Positions 47,903 through 57,387 of a DNA stretch of 64,000 nt are shown here, one piece after another (position 1 is the first letter of the stretch; each line of letters begins with the position of its first letter). The stretch is from assembly GCA_965204535.1 (NCBI GenBank), contig CBDBEV010000001.1, forward strand, positions 640,001 through 704,000, read 5' to 3'. The notes under the pieces were generated by a model. It did no database searches. It was not told the origin of the DNA and worked only from the letters and a program-made list of their open reading frames with translations. The stretch is from a bacterium (GTDB taxonomy: Bacteria > UBA8248). The position numbers and the translations under genes were made by a program.

Positions 47903-48236
47903 CACTCCCCCCTTGAGGGGGCTGTTGGAAAAGTCCTCCTCAGGGGATAAAGGCACCCCCCCCTACCCCCCTTGTCAGGGGGGTATAAAAAGGCGATGCG
48001 CCGCAAAAGAAGGAAAAAAGGATCAACTCCCCCCTTGAGGGTCTGGCTTCCCGAGGGGAAAGCCAGACGAAGAGGCCGAGCCCTGGCGAAGGCCGATTCG
48101 GTGGGGGGACATGCCACAGAAAAACTCCCCCCACCGGTTCGGTTTCGGGGAAAATCCCCCTCACCTCACCGACTCCCCCTCAAGGGGGGAGTGAAGTCTT
48201 CTCCCTCCACAGTATCTGGACTTTTTCAACAACCCC
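47903..48236. repeat. REP/MITE cluster F
   Basis: GGGGGCTGTTGGAAAAG ... CTTTTTCAACAACCCC ends; C6TTGTCAG6 and ACTCCCCCTCAAGGGGGGAGT palindromes. Confidence 0.85.
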
Positions 48237-49664
48237 TTACAGCGCAGGCCACCGGTTCCGCAGCTCGGGCGTCGCCGTCTCGTAGGCGTGGACCGCGCGC
48301 AGCACCTCCGCCTCCTCCCAGGGCCGTCCGATCACCTGAAGCGACATGGGCATGCCCTCTTTCTCCGAAAACCCGGTGGGAACCACCGCCGCCGGGAAAC
48401 CCGTCAGGTTCTGGTGGGTGAGGAACGGCATGGTGAGCGCGAGTGAGTAATCCACCTCCTCGCCGTTGATCACGGCCTTCAAATCGTCGAGTCGCGGGGC
48501 GATGCAGGGCAGGGCGAGCGTCAGGATGACGTCCACCCCCTCGAACAGATCAAGCACCTTGCGCCGTAGCACTTCCCGTTCGCGCCCCGCGCGGATGTAC
48601 TCGTCCAGGTCGGCCCCCGCGATACTCGCCTCCACCCGCTCGCGCGTCGATGGGCCGTAGCCGTCGGGGTTCTGTTCATAGAGTGGTCTGTGGAACTCGG
48701 CGAATTCGCACTGGATGATGACGCGGCTCACGTGCATCAAGCTCTCCGCATCGTCGAAGGGCAGCGTCTCGACACTCGCTCCCGACTCGCGGAGCACGCC
48801 GACGGCGCGCTCGAAGGCTTGCGCGACCTCCGCGTCCGCCTCGAAGCCGCCCGAAAGCCCGGGGCACAAGCCCACCCTTAAGCCCTCCGCACCCTCATCG
48901 AGCCGGGCGGAGAAATCGGGAACCGGCGCGTCGCGGCTATAGGGGTCTTGCGCATCATAGCCCGCCATCCCCTGTAAGAACAAAGCGGCGTCACGTGCCG
49001 AGCGGGCGATCGGCCCCACGTGGTCGTAGCTCAGACAGTTGGGGCACACGCCGCGCAGGCTCACCCGCCCGTGGGTGGGCTTGAGCCCGACGAGCCCGCA
49101 CAGCGCCGCAGGCCCTCGGATGGAGCTGCCCGTGTCCGTTCCGATGGCGGCGGGGCACAGGCCGGCGGCGACCGAAGCGCCCGACCCCGTGCTGGAGCCT
49201 CCCGTCATGCGCTCGGTGTCCCACGGGTTGCGCGCCGTGCCGTAGTGGACGTTTTCGCTCATCGGCCCCGAGGCGAACTCCTGGGTATGGCATTTTCCGA
49301 GCAGAATCGCGCCGGCGCGCTTGAGACGGACGACGCATTCCGCATCCGTCTCGGGCACGTTGTCGCGGAAGAAACTCGACCCGCGCGTCGTCCGCACGCC
49401 CGCCGTGTCGACGATGTCCTTGACCCCGTAGGGAACCCCGTGCAGAGGACCCAGCCTGCGCCCGGCGGCGATTTCCTCCTGCGCGCGCTTCGCCTCGGCC
49501 AGCGCGGCGTCCGCCGTCACTTCGAGAAAACCGAAGACGGTGGGATTCAGCGAATCGATGCGGCGCAGGAACGCCTCGACCACTTCCACGGAAGAGAGTT
49601 CCCCCGCCCCGATTCGTTCTGAAATCTCGTGAAGCCCGAGCCGGCAAATATCATCTTCTCTCAT
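48237..49664 (-). CDS. Amidase-signature family amidase
   Basis: GPLHGVPYGVKD, GGSSTGS, GTDTGSSIRGPA. Confidence 0.92.
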   Translation of the reverse strand: MREDDICRLGLHEISERIGAGELSSVEVVEAFLRRIDSLNPTVFGFLEVTADAALAEAKRAQEEIAAGRRLGPLHGVPYGVKDIVDTAGVRTTRGSSFFRDNVPETDAECVVRLKRAGAILLGKCHTQEFASGPMSENVHYGTARNPWDTERMTGGSSTGSGASVAAGLCPAAIGTDTGSSIRGPAALCGLVGLKPTHGRVSLRGVCPNCLSYDHVGPIARSARDAALFLQGMAGYDAQDPYSRDAPVPDFSARLDEGAEGLRVGLCPGLSGGFEADAEVAQAFERAVGVLRESGASVETLPFDDAESLMHVSRVIIQCEFAEFHRPLYEQNPDGYGPSTRERVEASIAGADLDEYIRAGREREVLRRKVLDLFEGVDVILTLALPCIAPRLDDLKAVINGEEVDYSLALTMPFLTHQNLTGFPAAVVPTGFSEKEGMPMSLQVIGRPWEEAEVLRAVHAYETATPELRNRWPAL

Positions 49665-49964
49665 GGTATGCCCTCCTCGGAAACTTGTTTCATCCCCTGG
49701 ATAGGAATAATCGCCCGTCAAAAAACCACCTTCACCCGAAGACCCGCGTCCCGATGCGCGCGAGCCTGCGCGAGGTTCCTGATGCTTCGCGAAATAGTAT
49801 TAAAGACGATACCTTTGCACTCTAACACGTTCATGCTATAGTACGGAGCATACATTTCATACCATATCCCATACCCCTCTAAGGGAAGGGGGGTGCAACA
49901 CGTATGATTGCTGTTGCAGGCCTTCCCTTCATCGTGCCGAGTCATACACGCAGGAGGCGTGCAA

Positions 49965-50822
49965 ATGACTTTCTGGCTCACCCAGATATTCAACGGCATC
50001 TCCTACGGCGCCATCGTCTTCCTGCTGGCCATGGGCCTCTCCCTGATATTCGGCGTCATGAAGGTCATCAACGTCACGCACGGAACCTATTTCCTCGTGG
50101 GCGCATACTTCGGGCTCACGACCCTCAAGCAGACGGGAAATTTCTTCCTCGCCATCCTGATCGGCGGAATCGCGATCGCCGTCATGGGCATCGTGATCGA
50201 GCGCGTCTTCCTGCGCCGCCTTCAGGGAAACGACCTTGGCCAGGTGCTCATCACCATGGGATTCGTTCTCGTTCTTCAGGACGCGATTCTCGTCGTCTGG
50301 GGTCCCGACCCGGTCAGTATGGATGCGCCGAAATTCCTGGCCAGCACGGGACGGATCGGGGGGTTCTCCTTCCCGATGTACAGGTTGTTCCTCATCGTAT
50401 TCGCAGCGGTAACGGCGGCGGCGCTGTGGTTCTTCGAGAGCAGGACCAAAGTCGGCTCCTCGGTGAGAGCCGCCGTCGACGATGTGGAGATGGCGGGCGG
50501 GATGGGGGTGAACGTGCCCGTCGTGTTCAGCCTCGTTTTCGGACTCGGCTCGTTCCTGGCCGGCATGAGCGGCGTGCTGGCGGCGCCCTGGCTCGGTATC
50601 CAGGCGGGGCTTGACTTCGAGATCCTCCCCTTCGCCTTCGTCGCCATTATCGTGGGCGGGATGGGCAGCCTGAAAGGCGCGGTCGTCGCCAGCCTCCTCG
50701 TCGGGATCATCGACAATCTGGGGAAAACCTTCTTTCCCGAATTCGCGTATTTCACCCTGTTCCTGCCGATGGCCGTCATTCTCGCCATTCGTCCCTCCGG
50801 GCTGTTCGGGAGAGCGATGTGA
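49965..50822 (+). CDS. Branched-chain amino acid-type ABC permease (LivH-like)
   Basis: GLSLIFGVM..IN..HG, IIVGGMGSL.GA. Confidence 0.9.
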   Translation: MTFWLTQIFNGISYGAIVFLLAMGLSLIFGVMKVINVTHGTYFLVGAYFGLTTLKQTGNFFLAILIGGIAIAVMGIVIERVFLRRLQGNDLGQVLITMGFVLVLQDAILVVWGPDPVSMDAPKFLASTGRIGGFSFPMYRLFLIVFAAVTAAALWFFESRTKVGSSVRAAVDDVEMAGGMGVNVPVVFSLVFGLGSFLAGMSGVLAAPWLGIQAGLDFEILPFAFVAIIVGGMGSLKGAVVASLLVGIIDNLGKTFFPEFAYFTLFLPMAVILAIRPSGLFGRAM

Positions 50823-51772
50823 GGGGGGAACTTCTGGCCACCCGCGGCAGAGTGATTGCGATTGCCGCAGTCCTGGTTTTCGCATGCGTATCGCCGCTGT
50901 TCGTGGATGAATTCTCGGTGCTCGTCCTGAACCAGTGCCTGATCTGGGGCATCCTCGCCTTAAGCCTCGACTTGATGCTCGGCTACACCGGCATGGCGTC
51001 TCTGGGCCACGCGGCCTATTTCGGCACCGGCGCCTATGCGGCGGCCATCATGTCGGCGACCTACGGCGCTTCGTTCGGTGAGGCGTTCGTCGTCGCGCTC
51101 ATCGCCGCAGCGGTGGTAACGGCCATCTGCGCGCTCGTCGCACTGCGGGCGTCGGACGTGTATTTCCTGATGATCACGTTCGCCCTGGCCATGCTCATGT
51201 GGGGACTCGCCTATCGCTGGGACTCGATGACCGGCGGCGAAAACGGCATCGCGGGCATAGACCGCCCATTATTCATGGAAGATACGATCACTTACTACTA
51301 CTTCACCCTCATCGTGGCCGCCGTCGTATTCCTGTTCTTCTCCGTTCTCGTTCACTCGTGTTTCGGGAAGACGATGGTGGGGATCCGCGAGAGCGAATCG
51401 CGCATGCGCGCCCTGGGCTACAACGTATGGCTCCACAAGTTCATCATCTACATGATCTCGGGCATATTCAGCGGCTTCGCCGGTTTTCTCTGGGTGTTCT
51501 ACAACAGCTACGTCGCTCCGACCGACGTCGAACTGGTGACCTCGTTCAACGCCCTGCTGATGGTCTCGCTGGGAGGACCGGGCACGCTGGCCGGCCCCCT
51601 CCTGGGCTCCACCATATTCGTCATTCTCGACAACTCCGTGAACATGTTCACCGAACGCTCTCTGACTGTCGTGGGCTGCATTTACATCGTGGTGGTTCTT
51701 TTCGCGCCCGAGGGCATCATGGGCTTCATCAAGCAACTGAGAACGAAGGTTGGCGAAACGGACAACGGATGA
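50819..51772 (+). CDS. ABC permease (LivM-like)
   Basis: GYTGMASLGHAAYFG, TGGENG, IRESE.R..ALG. Confidence 0.9.
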   Translation: MRGELLATRGRVIAIAAVLVFACVSPLFVDEFSVLVLNQCLIWGILALSLDLMLGYTGMASLGHAAYFGTGAYAAAIMSATYGASFGEAFVVALIAAAVVTAICALVALRASDVYFLMITFALAMLMWGLAYRWDSMTGGENGIAGIDRPLFMEDTITYYYFTLIVAAVVFLFFSVLVHSCFGKTMVGIRESESRMRALGYNVWLHKFIIYMISGIFSGFAGFLWVFYNSYVAPTDVELVTSFNALLMVSLGGPGTLAGPLLGSTIFVILDNSVNMFTERSLTVVGCIYIVVVLFAPEGIMGFIKQLRTKVGETDNG

Positions 51773-51818
51773 TCAGCCCACTCCAGGGCCGTCATCGTCT
51801 ATAAGAGGAGGAATTCCC

Positions 51819-53075
51819 ATGATTCGAAAACGCATCGTTTTTCTCGTCGTTCCCCTCGCATTTACACTCGCTGCGCTCCTCGCCACAGGTCCTGCGCTCG
51901 CGGCGAAGGGACCCATCAAAATCGGGCTGCTCACCTCCAAGAAGGGCGTTCTCGCCAAGCACGGCTCGGACCAGATGAACGCACTCAAGGTGTTCCGCGA
52001 GAAGTTCGGGGACAAGGTCGCCGGCCGCGATGTGAAATTCTTCATCGAGGACAACGAGAGCAAGGTGGCCCTGGCCGTGACCCGGGTGCGCAAGATGCTC
52101 ACGCGGGACAGGGTCCACATCGCGATGGGCGGTCTTTTCGGCTCGACCGGCTACGCGATTGCGCCGCTGGCCGACAGGTACAAGACCCCGATCCTCATCT
52201 GGTCGTGTCCCGACGATATCTCCAAGCGCAAGCGCAAGAAATACGCGATCACGTATTTCTCCTGCAGCCAGCCCATGCACGCATTCGCCCACTGGGTGCG
52301 GACGGCGATGCCGAACATCAAGAAGGTGATCACCATCGGCCCCGACTACGCCTTCGGCTACGAGTCGACGGGCGGCTTCCAGCAGGTGTTCGAGGACATG
52401 GGCGGCAAGGTGATCCAGAAGATGTACATGCCCATCAACACGGTGGATTACGGACCCTACATCGGCAAGCTCAGAAAAGACGCCGACGCACTGTTCCTCA
52501 CCCTGGCCGCGGCGCAGGGTCTGCGGCTTCCGAAACAGCTCAAAGAAGCCGGCTTGGCGAACAAGTACGTGATCCTGGGCAACGGGACGAACACGGACGA
52601 ATTCGTCATTGACGCACAGGGGGATGAAGTGCTCGGCTGGATTTCGGCCCTGATCTACAGCGCCGACATCCAGACCAAGGACAACCTGGATTTCGTCAAG
52701 GCGTTCCGGAAGCACGCCAAGAAAGACCCCGGCTACTACGCCGAGGGGTATTACGGCGGACTCCGCCTCATCTACAAGGCCATAGAGGAAGTAAACGGCA
52801 ACGTGGAGGACAAGGACAAATTCTTCGCCGCGCTGAGGAACCTCAAGGTGGCCGCCGGCATGCCGGCGGGACCGAGGGCGTCCGACGGCCACGGGACGTT
52901 CAAGATGAACGTCTACGTCCGCATGGTCATGAAGGACGAGACCGGCAAGAAGAAAAACAAGGTCCTGGCGGTCATCCCGAACGTGAGCCAGTTCTGGAAT
53001 TACAAGCCGGACGAGTTCATGAAGAAGCCGCCCTACAGCAGGGATTACCCCCCGTGCAAGCATTGCGCGAAGTAG
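51819..53075 (+). CDS. ABC substrate-binding protein (Liv type)
   Basis: Signal peptide, IKIGLL, PDYAFG. Confidence 0.88.
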   Translation: MIRKRIVFLVVPLAFTLAALLATGPALAAKGPIKIGLLTSKKGVLAKHGSDQMNALKVFREKFGDKVAGRDVKFFIEDNESKVALAVTRVRKMLTRDRVHIAMGGLFGSTGYAIAPLADRYKTPILIWSCPDDISKRKRKKYAITYFSCSQPMHAFAHWVRTAMPNIKKVITIGPDYAFGYESTGGFQQVFEDMGGKVIQKMYMPINTVDYGPYIGKLRKDADALFLTLAAAQGLRLPKQLKEAGLANKYVILGNGTNTDEFVIDAQGDEVLGWISALIYSADIQTKDNLDFVKAFRKHAKKDPGYYAEGYYGGLRLIYKAIEEVNGNVEDKDKFFAALRNLKVAAGMPAGPRASDGHGTFKMNVYVRMVMKDETGKKKNKVLAVIPNVSQFWNYKPDEFMKKPPYSRDYPPCKHCAK

Positions 53076-53189
53076 CGGCCGGTTAAGCGCCTGAACAAGG
53101 GCCATCGCGCGCGGATGGGAATTTTTCCATCACCCGCGCGCGGTGGTCCCCTCGGCCCCACCGAGGCAGGCTGAACGACGCTAAGGAGG

Positions 53190-53972
53190 TTGGTCTTGGA
53201 GCAGGAAGCCCATCAGGGTTCGAACGGGTCCGCCGCGTGTCTGAAGGTAGAGGGGCTAGGCAAGCACTTCGGCGGCCTCGTCGCGGTCAACAACGTCGAC
53301 CTCGTGGTGGAAAACGGCGAACGCCGGGGCATCATCGGCCCGAACGGCGCGGGGAAAACCACGTTTTTCAACATGATAGCGGGGGAACTCGACCCCACGC
53401 ACGGCAAGGTCCATCTCTACGGGGAGGACATCACACGGCTGCCGACCCACCAGCGGACCCATCTCGGCATGGCGAGGACCTTCCAGATCACCAACCTGTT
53501 CCCCAATCTGTCCGTGCTGGACAACGTCCTGCTGGCGGCGCAGGCCCTGGAGAAGTCGAAATTTTCGATGCTCCGCACCATCAAGAGCCATCGGCATATC
53601 TACCAGAAAGCCGAGGAGATGATGAGGAGGCTCAAGCTGTGGGACATACAAACCGATCTCGTCAAGAACCTCTCCCACGGCTACCAGCGCCAGATTGAGA
53701 TCGCCCTCGCTCTGGTCGAGAACCCGAAGGTGCTGCTCCTGGACGAACCCACGGCCGGGCTCTCGCCCGCCGAATCCGCCGAGGTGGTTTCCCTGCTCAA
53801 GGAACTCGACCCGGAGATGACGATGCTCATCATCGAGCACGACATGGACGTCGCCTTCGAGCTGGTGGACAAGCTCATGGTCATGCACGAGGGGGAAGTC
53901 ATCGCCGACGGTCCCAAGGAAGAGGTTCGGGCGAACCAGACCGTTCAGGAGATATACTTAGGCTATGACTGA
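53190..53972 (+). CDS. ABC ATPase (LivG-like)
   Basis: GPNGAGKTT, ARTFQ, LSHG, LLDEP. Confidence 0.92.
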   Translation: MVLEQEAHQGSNGSAACLKVEGLGKHFGGLVAVNNVDLVVENGERRGIIGPNGAGKTTFFNMIAGELDPTHGKVHLYGEDITRLPTHQRTHLGMARTFQITNLFPNLSVLDNVLLAAQALEKSKFSMLRTIKSHRHIYQKAEEMMRRLKLWDIQTDLVKNLSHGYQRQIEIALALVENPKVLLLDEPTAGLSPAESAEVVSLLKELDPEMTMLIIEHDMDVAFELVDKLMVMHEGEVIADGPKEEVRANQTVQEIYLGYD

Positions 53973-54690
53973 TAACGACCCGATGCTGAAAGTGGACGAC
54001 ATCCACACCTATTACGGGGACAGCTACGTCCTCCAGGGGCTCTCTCTCGAAATCGCCGAGGGCGAGGTAATGGCCGTTCTGGGCCGAAACGGCATGGGCA
54101 AGACCACGCTCATCCGCTCCATCATCGGGTTCACGAAGCCGCGCACGGGGAAAATCTCCTTCGACGGCGCCGACATCACGGCGCTGCAGCCGCACGAGAT
54201 CGTGAGCCTCGGCGTGGCGCTTGTGCCGCAGGGGCGGCGGATATTCCCCTCGCTCACCGTGATGGAAAACCTCCTGCTCGGGGAAAAGGAAGGCGTAGCG
54301 GAAGACGGTGAAGAACCTTGGGACACGGACCGGGTGCTGGCCCTCTTCCCGCGCCTTAAGGAACGCCTGCGCAACATGGGCAATCAGCTGAGCGGCGGGG
54401 AGCAGCAGATGCTCGCCTTCGCCCGCTCGCTGATGACGAACCCCAAGATGCTCCTGCTGGATGAACCGACCGAGGGACTCGCGCCTCTTCTGGTTCGTGC
54501 GATGGGAGATACTCTTTCCAAACTCAAGGAGAGCAAGCTCGCCATCCTGCTGGTCGAGCAGAACATGAAGTTCGCGCTCGCCGCCTGCGATTACGTGCAC
54601 GTGCTGAACCGGGGCCGCGTGGTGCATTCCTCCACGCCGGATGAACTCGCCGCGAACGAGGAGATCAAATCCCGCTTCCTGGGCGTCTGA
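53965..54690 (+). CDS. ABC ATPase (LivF-like)
   Basis: GRNGMGKTT, LSGGEQQM, LLDEPTEGLAP. Confidence 0.92.
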   Translation: MTDNDPMLKVDDIHTYYGDSYVLQGLSLEIAEGEVMAVLGRNGMGKTTLIRSIIGFTKPRTGKISFDGADITALQPHEIVSLGVALVPQGRRIFPSLTVMENLLLGEKEGVAEDGEEPWDTDRVLALFPRLKERLRNMGNQLSGGEQQMLAFARSLMTNPKMLLLDEPTEGLAPLLVRAMGDTLSKLKESKLAILLVEQNMKFALAACDYVHVLNRGRVVHSSTPDELAANEEIKSRFLGV

Positions 54691-54730
54691 TCGCAGAGCG
54701 GCCCCGCACTTCCCGTGAACCCTTAAAAAA

Positions 54731-55417
54731 TCAACCCTCAGAACCGGCGGACGCCGGAAGCGTTTCCGCTTCTTCTGAGGCTGCGCCCTCTTTCGCCCAC
54801 CAGCACTCGTTCATGAACTCGGCCAGGTCCTGTTTGTCGATCACGGCAGATTTGGTGAACAGGGTCATCTGGTCGTCGCCTTCGAGATCGGTCTCGAGCG
54901 CGTCGGTGAAGCGGTTCCACATGTTGAAATAGCCCGAGACCAGCGTCGCCTCGACGAGCTGGGCGTGATCGTAGTGTTTCTTCATGTTCTCCAGCGCCTC
55001 GGGGTTCCGGGAGAAGGTGTATTTCGTCAGGTGATAGGCCCAGGCGATGGCCGCCTTCTCGGCGTCGTTGAACAGATCCGAATCCTGATACGCGTCGTCC
55101 CTCACGGCGTCAATCTGCGCATCCGACAGCCCGCACGCTCGACCGAACGTGACGTTGTGGGCCGTTCAGTACTTACACCCGTTTTCCATCGAAGTCTTCA
55201 AGATCAGGAGCGCCTTCGTCTTCGCGTCGAGCACGTCTGTAATCTCCGCCCGGCACAGCGAGATCAGAAAGCCGAACAGCGGCTGGAGCATCCTCGGGCT
55301 GGCCGAACTCACGCGGATAGCGTTCGCCACGCGGCCGAACATCTTGCGGCTCGCGTCGAACACCACGGCGGCCTCGGGGCCTGCCTCTTCATCGCTCAGA
55401 ATCGGTAGTTGCGCCAT
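54731..55417 (-). CDS. Probable selenoprotein, AhpD/CMD-like peroxidase-related (CKYU), 228 aa
   Basis: Track ORFs 55166-55417 and 54731-55105 are in one frame, joined through TGA (55166-55168): TSMENGCKY-U-TAHNVTFGRACGLSD; SECIS-like hairpin with GGUC loop. Confidence 0.88.
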
Positions 55418-55448
55418 CGAAGTTTCCTCCCGATACGGGTTATAAGGC

Positions 55449-56189
55449 TTAATTCACCGGCGGCCACAGGCGGCGGCCCACGCTCGGGCTGCCGGGCGCA
55501 TGGATGAGCGATCTCACCACCCGGCCCGACCACCCGCTCTCATCGAGCGAGAGGCTCTCGTGCTTCTGGAACCCCTCCTCCCGCGCTTCGAGCGAGGTGA
55601 ACTCATACATGATCGAATGCTTGGCCCAGCCTGCGGCGGAGAGCAGCTTTCTCGCGCCGATGCAGCCGGGCATCCCCTCCATGAATTTCAGGCGGTACTG
55701 TGCGTACCATGCGCCGAGGTCGTGCTCCGCCTCCGCGTCCCGGGAGATGAACTGCCCCATCTGGATCGCGGGGCCGGGCGTAATGCCGGGGCCTCTCGCG
55801 GCGACGTCGGGTCCGTCTACGCGGGCCTCCTCGCTGAAAATGCACTCGCGATATCCCACGCGAAGGCTTAAGTTGGCCTTCGTCTCATCGTCGTAATCTT
55901 TCGCGATATCGGCGAGCGTGGGGTCGAAAAAGGCGTGTGGCGAGACCGCCCCGATGAGGAGCACGTACCCCGTGCCGCCGGGAAGCTCACCGGGTGCTGT
56001 GTAGGTGAGCGCCGTGTTCTTCACCTGCTCCATCTGCGCCCCCTCATCTGCGACTTCATAATGCGCCGCCCACAGGAAGCCAGATCGCCGAAGCATGGCC
56101 GGCAGGTATTTGCCATGCAGCCACGCAAAATACTCTTCTTTATTATCTTCTGTCAGGTCGTACCAGGACGCCCAGATTCCTCGATCCAT
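55449..56189 (-). CDS. Hypothetical protein with two EthD-like alpha+beta barrel halves
   Basis: EEYFAWLHGKYLP..GFLWA and DLGAWYAQYRL..PGCIGAR halves; GGAG RBS; co-oriented with neighbours. Confidence 0.65.
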   Translation of the reverse strand: MDRGIWASWYDLTEDNKEEYFAWLHGKYLPAMLRRSGFLWAAHYEVADEGAQMEQVKNTALTYTAPGELPGGTGYVLLIGAVSPHAFFDPTLADIAKDYDDETKANLSLRVGYRECIFSEEARVDGPDVAARGPGITPGPAIQMGQFISRDAEAEHDLGAWYAQYRLKFMEGMPGCIGARKLLSAAGWAKHSIMYEFTSLEAREEGFQKHESLSLDESGWSGRVVRSLIHAPGSPSVGRRLWPPVN

Positions 56190-56221
56190 TACATGACTCC
56201 ATCCATAAAGTTGGTGAGACG

Positions 56222-56605
56222 CTACTGCACGAAGGTCGTGCCCGCCTTGTCCTGGTGGGAGCAGTTCCCGTAGGTGGCGATGAGCTCGGCGGGCTCGGTC
56301 TCGCTCGGGTTCTCCTGCCCGTGCGGCTCGCCCGCGGGCGCGTAGCAGAAATGGCCCGCCTCGACGAGGTGTTTTTCGGGATTTTTCGGGTCGCCGCAAT
56401 AGACGTAGATCGGCCCCTTGTTCACATAGAACACCGCGTCGCACGTGTGGGTGTGCATCTTGTTCTTCCCGCCCGGTGGGATGATGGTGCGCTGCATGGT
56501 CATGACCCTGGTGTCCGTCGTCTCGTCGTTCACCCCCCACATGATGGAGTAGGGAGGCTCATAGGCGTTGTCCTTGTCCACGCTCATGGAATTGATGATT
56601 TTCAT
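56222..56605 (-). CDS. Cupin domain protein
   Basis: IPPGG...HTH.CD..FY...G and PAGEPH..EN motifs; AAGGAG RBS. Confidence 0.85.
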   Translation of the reverse strand: MKIINSMSVDKDNAYEPPYSIMWGVNDETTDTRVMTMQRTIIPPGGKNKMHTHTCDAVFYVNKGPIYVYCGDPKNPEKHLVEAGHFCYAPAGEPHGQENPSETEPAELIATYGNCSHQDKAGTTFVQ

Positions 56606-56796
56606 GAATCTTCTCTCCTTGAATCCTCGGTTCGCGTCCGCGGCGCACGCATAAGAACGGGTGGGATGAAAGTTTGCTACGGCCAGCCGATTGGTGGAAT
56701 AATACGCAAACCCGTAGAACAAAACCACTTCATCAAAGTGATGAAGAACGCTTCGGGGTCGGCAGGAACGAAAGGCCCCATGAGACAGGACGATCC

Positions 56797-57375
56797 ATGG
56801 CTTCGGACAACGAATCGGCGAACGCACCAAGCCCCACGATGCTGCGCCTCGAAATTTATCTGGCCGCGGCGATGATGCTCCTCTCTGTGGGCTTCGCCGT
56901 CTTTATGCCCTACCTGATCGCGACGGGTGGCATTACCTCGGCGCAGGATTTCCTGCGCCTCACGCCCGTTTTTTTCCCGAGGCTCGCCTTCGCCGTGCTG
57001 GCCGCCCTGTGCGCGTTCTACCTGCTGGACGCCTGGCGAAGGGCGCGCTACGTCCGCTCCGACGCAAACCCGGATGAAGCGGCGCGCTTCCAGCGCGGGG
57101 CGGTGATGATCGTCGTCATCGCCGCCTATTCTCTCCTCGTTTCGGCGCTTGGCTACGGCCTCTCGACGCTTCTAATGGCGGGGGCGGTCATCTGGTATCT
57201 GGGCATACGGCAGATATGGATCGTCGCTTCCGTCTCCGTCCTCATGCCCATCGTCGTGCGTTTCATCTTCGAGAGACTGCTCCTCATCTCGCTTCCGAGG
57301 AGCGATTACGAGGCCATCGCCGTCGTCGAGGACGCCATCATGAAGTTTCTCTCCGGCATTTTTCTCGGGAAATAG
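56797..57375 (+). CDS. tctB: Tripartite tricarboxylate transporter TctB
   Basis: P.FFP, LGY..ST, IFERLL.ISLP; upstream of tctA. Confidence 0.8.
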   Translation: MASDNESANAPSPTMLRLEIYLAAAMMLLSVGFAVFMPYLIATGGITSAQDFLRLTPVFFPRLAFAVLAALCAFYLLDAWRRARYVRSDANPDEAARFQRGAVMIVVIAAYSLLVSALGYGLSTLLMAGAVIWYLGIRQIWIVASVSVLMPIVVRFIFERLLLISLPRSDYEAIAVVEDAIMKFLSGIFLGK

Positions 57376-57387
57376 GGAGCCAGGAAC

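Noticed and set aside
54731-55417. Two separate genes or a nonsense pseudogene
   Set aside because: TGA at the CxxC position plus a SECIS-like hairpin favours selenocysteine readthrough
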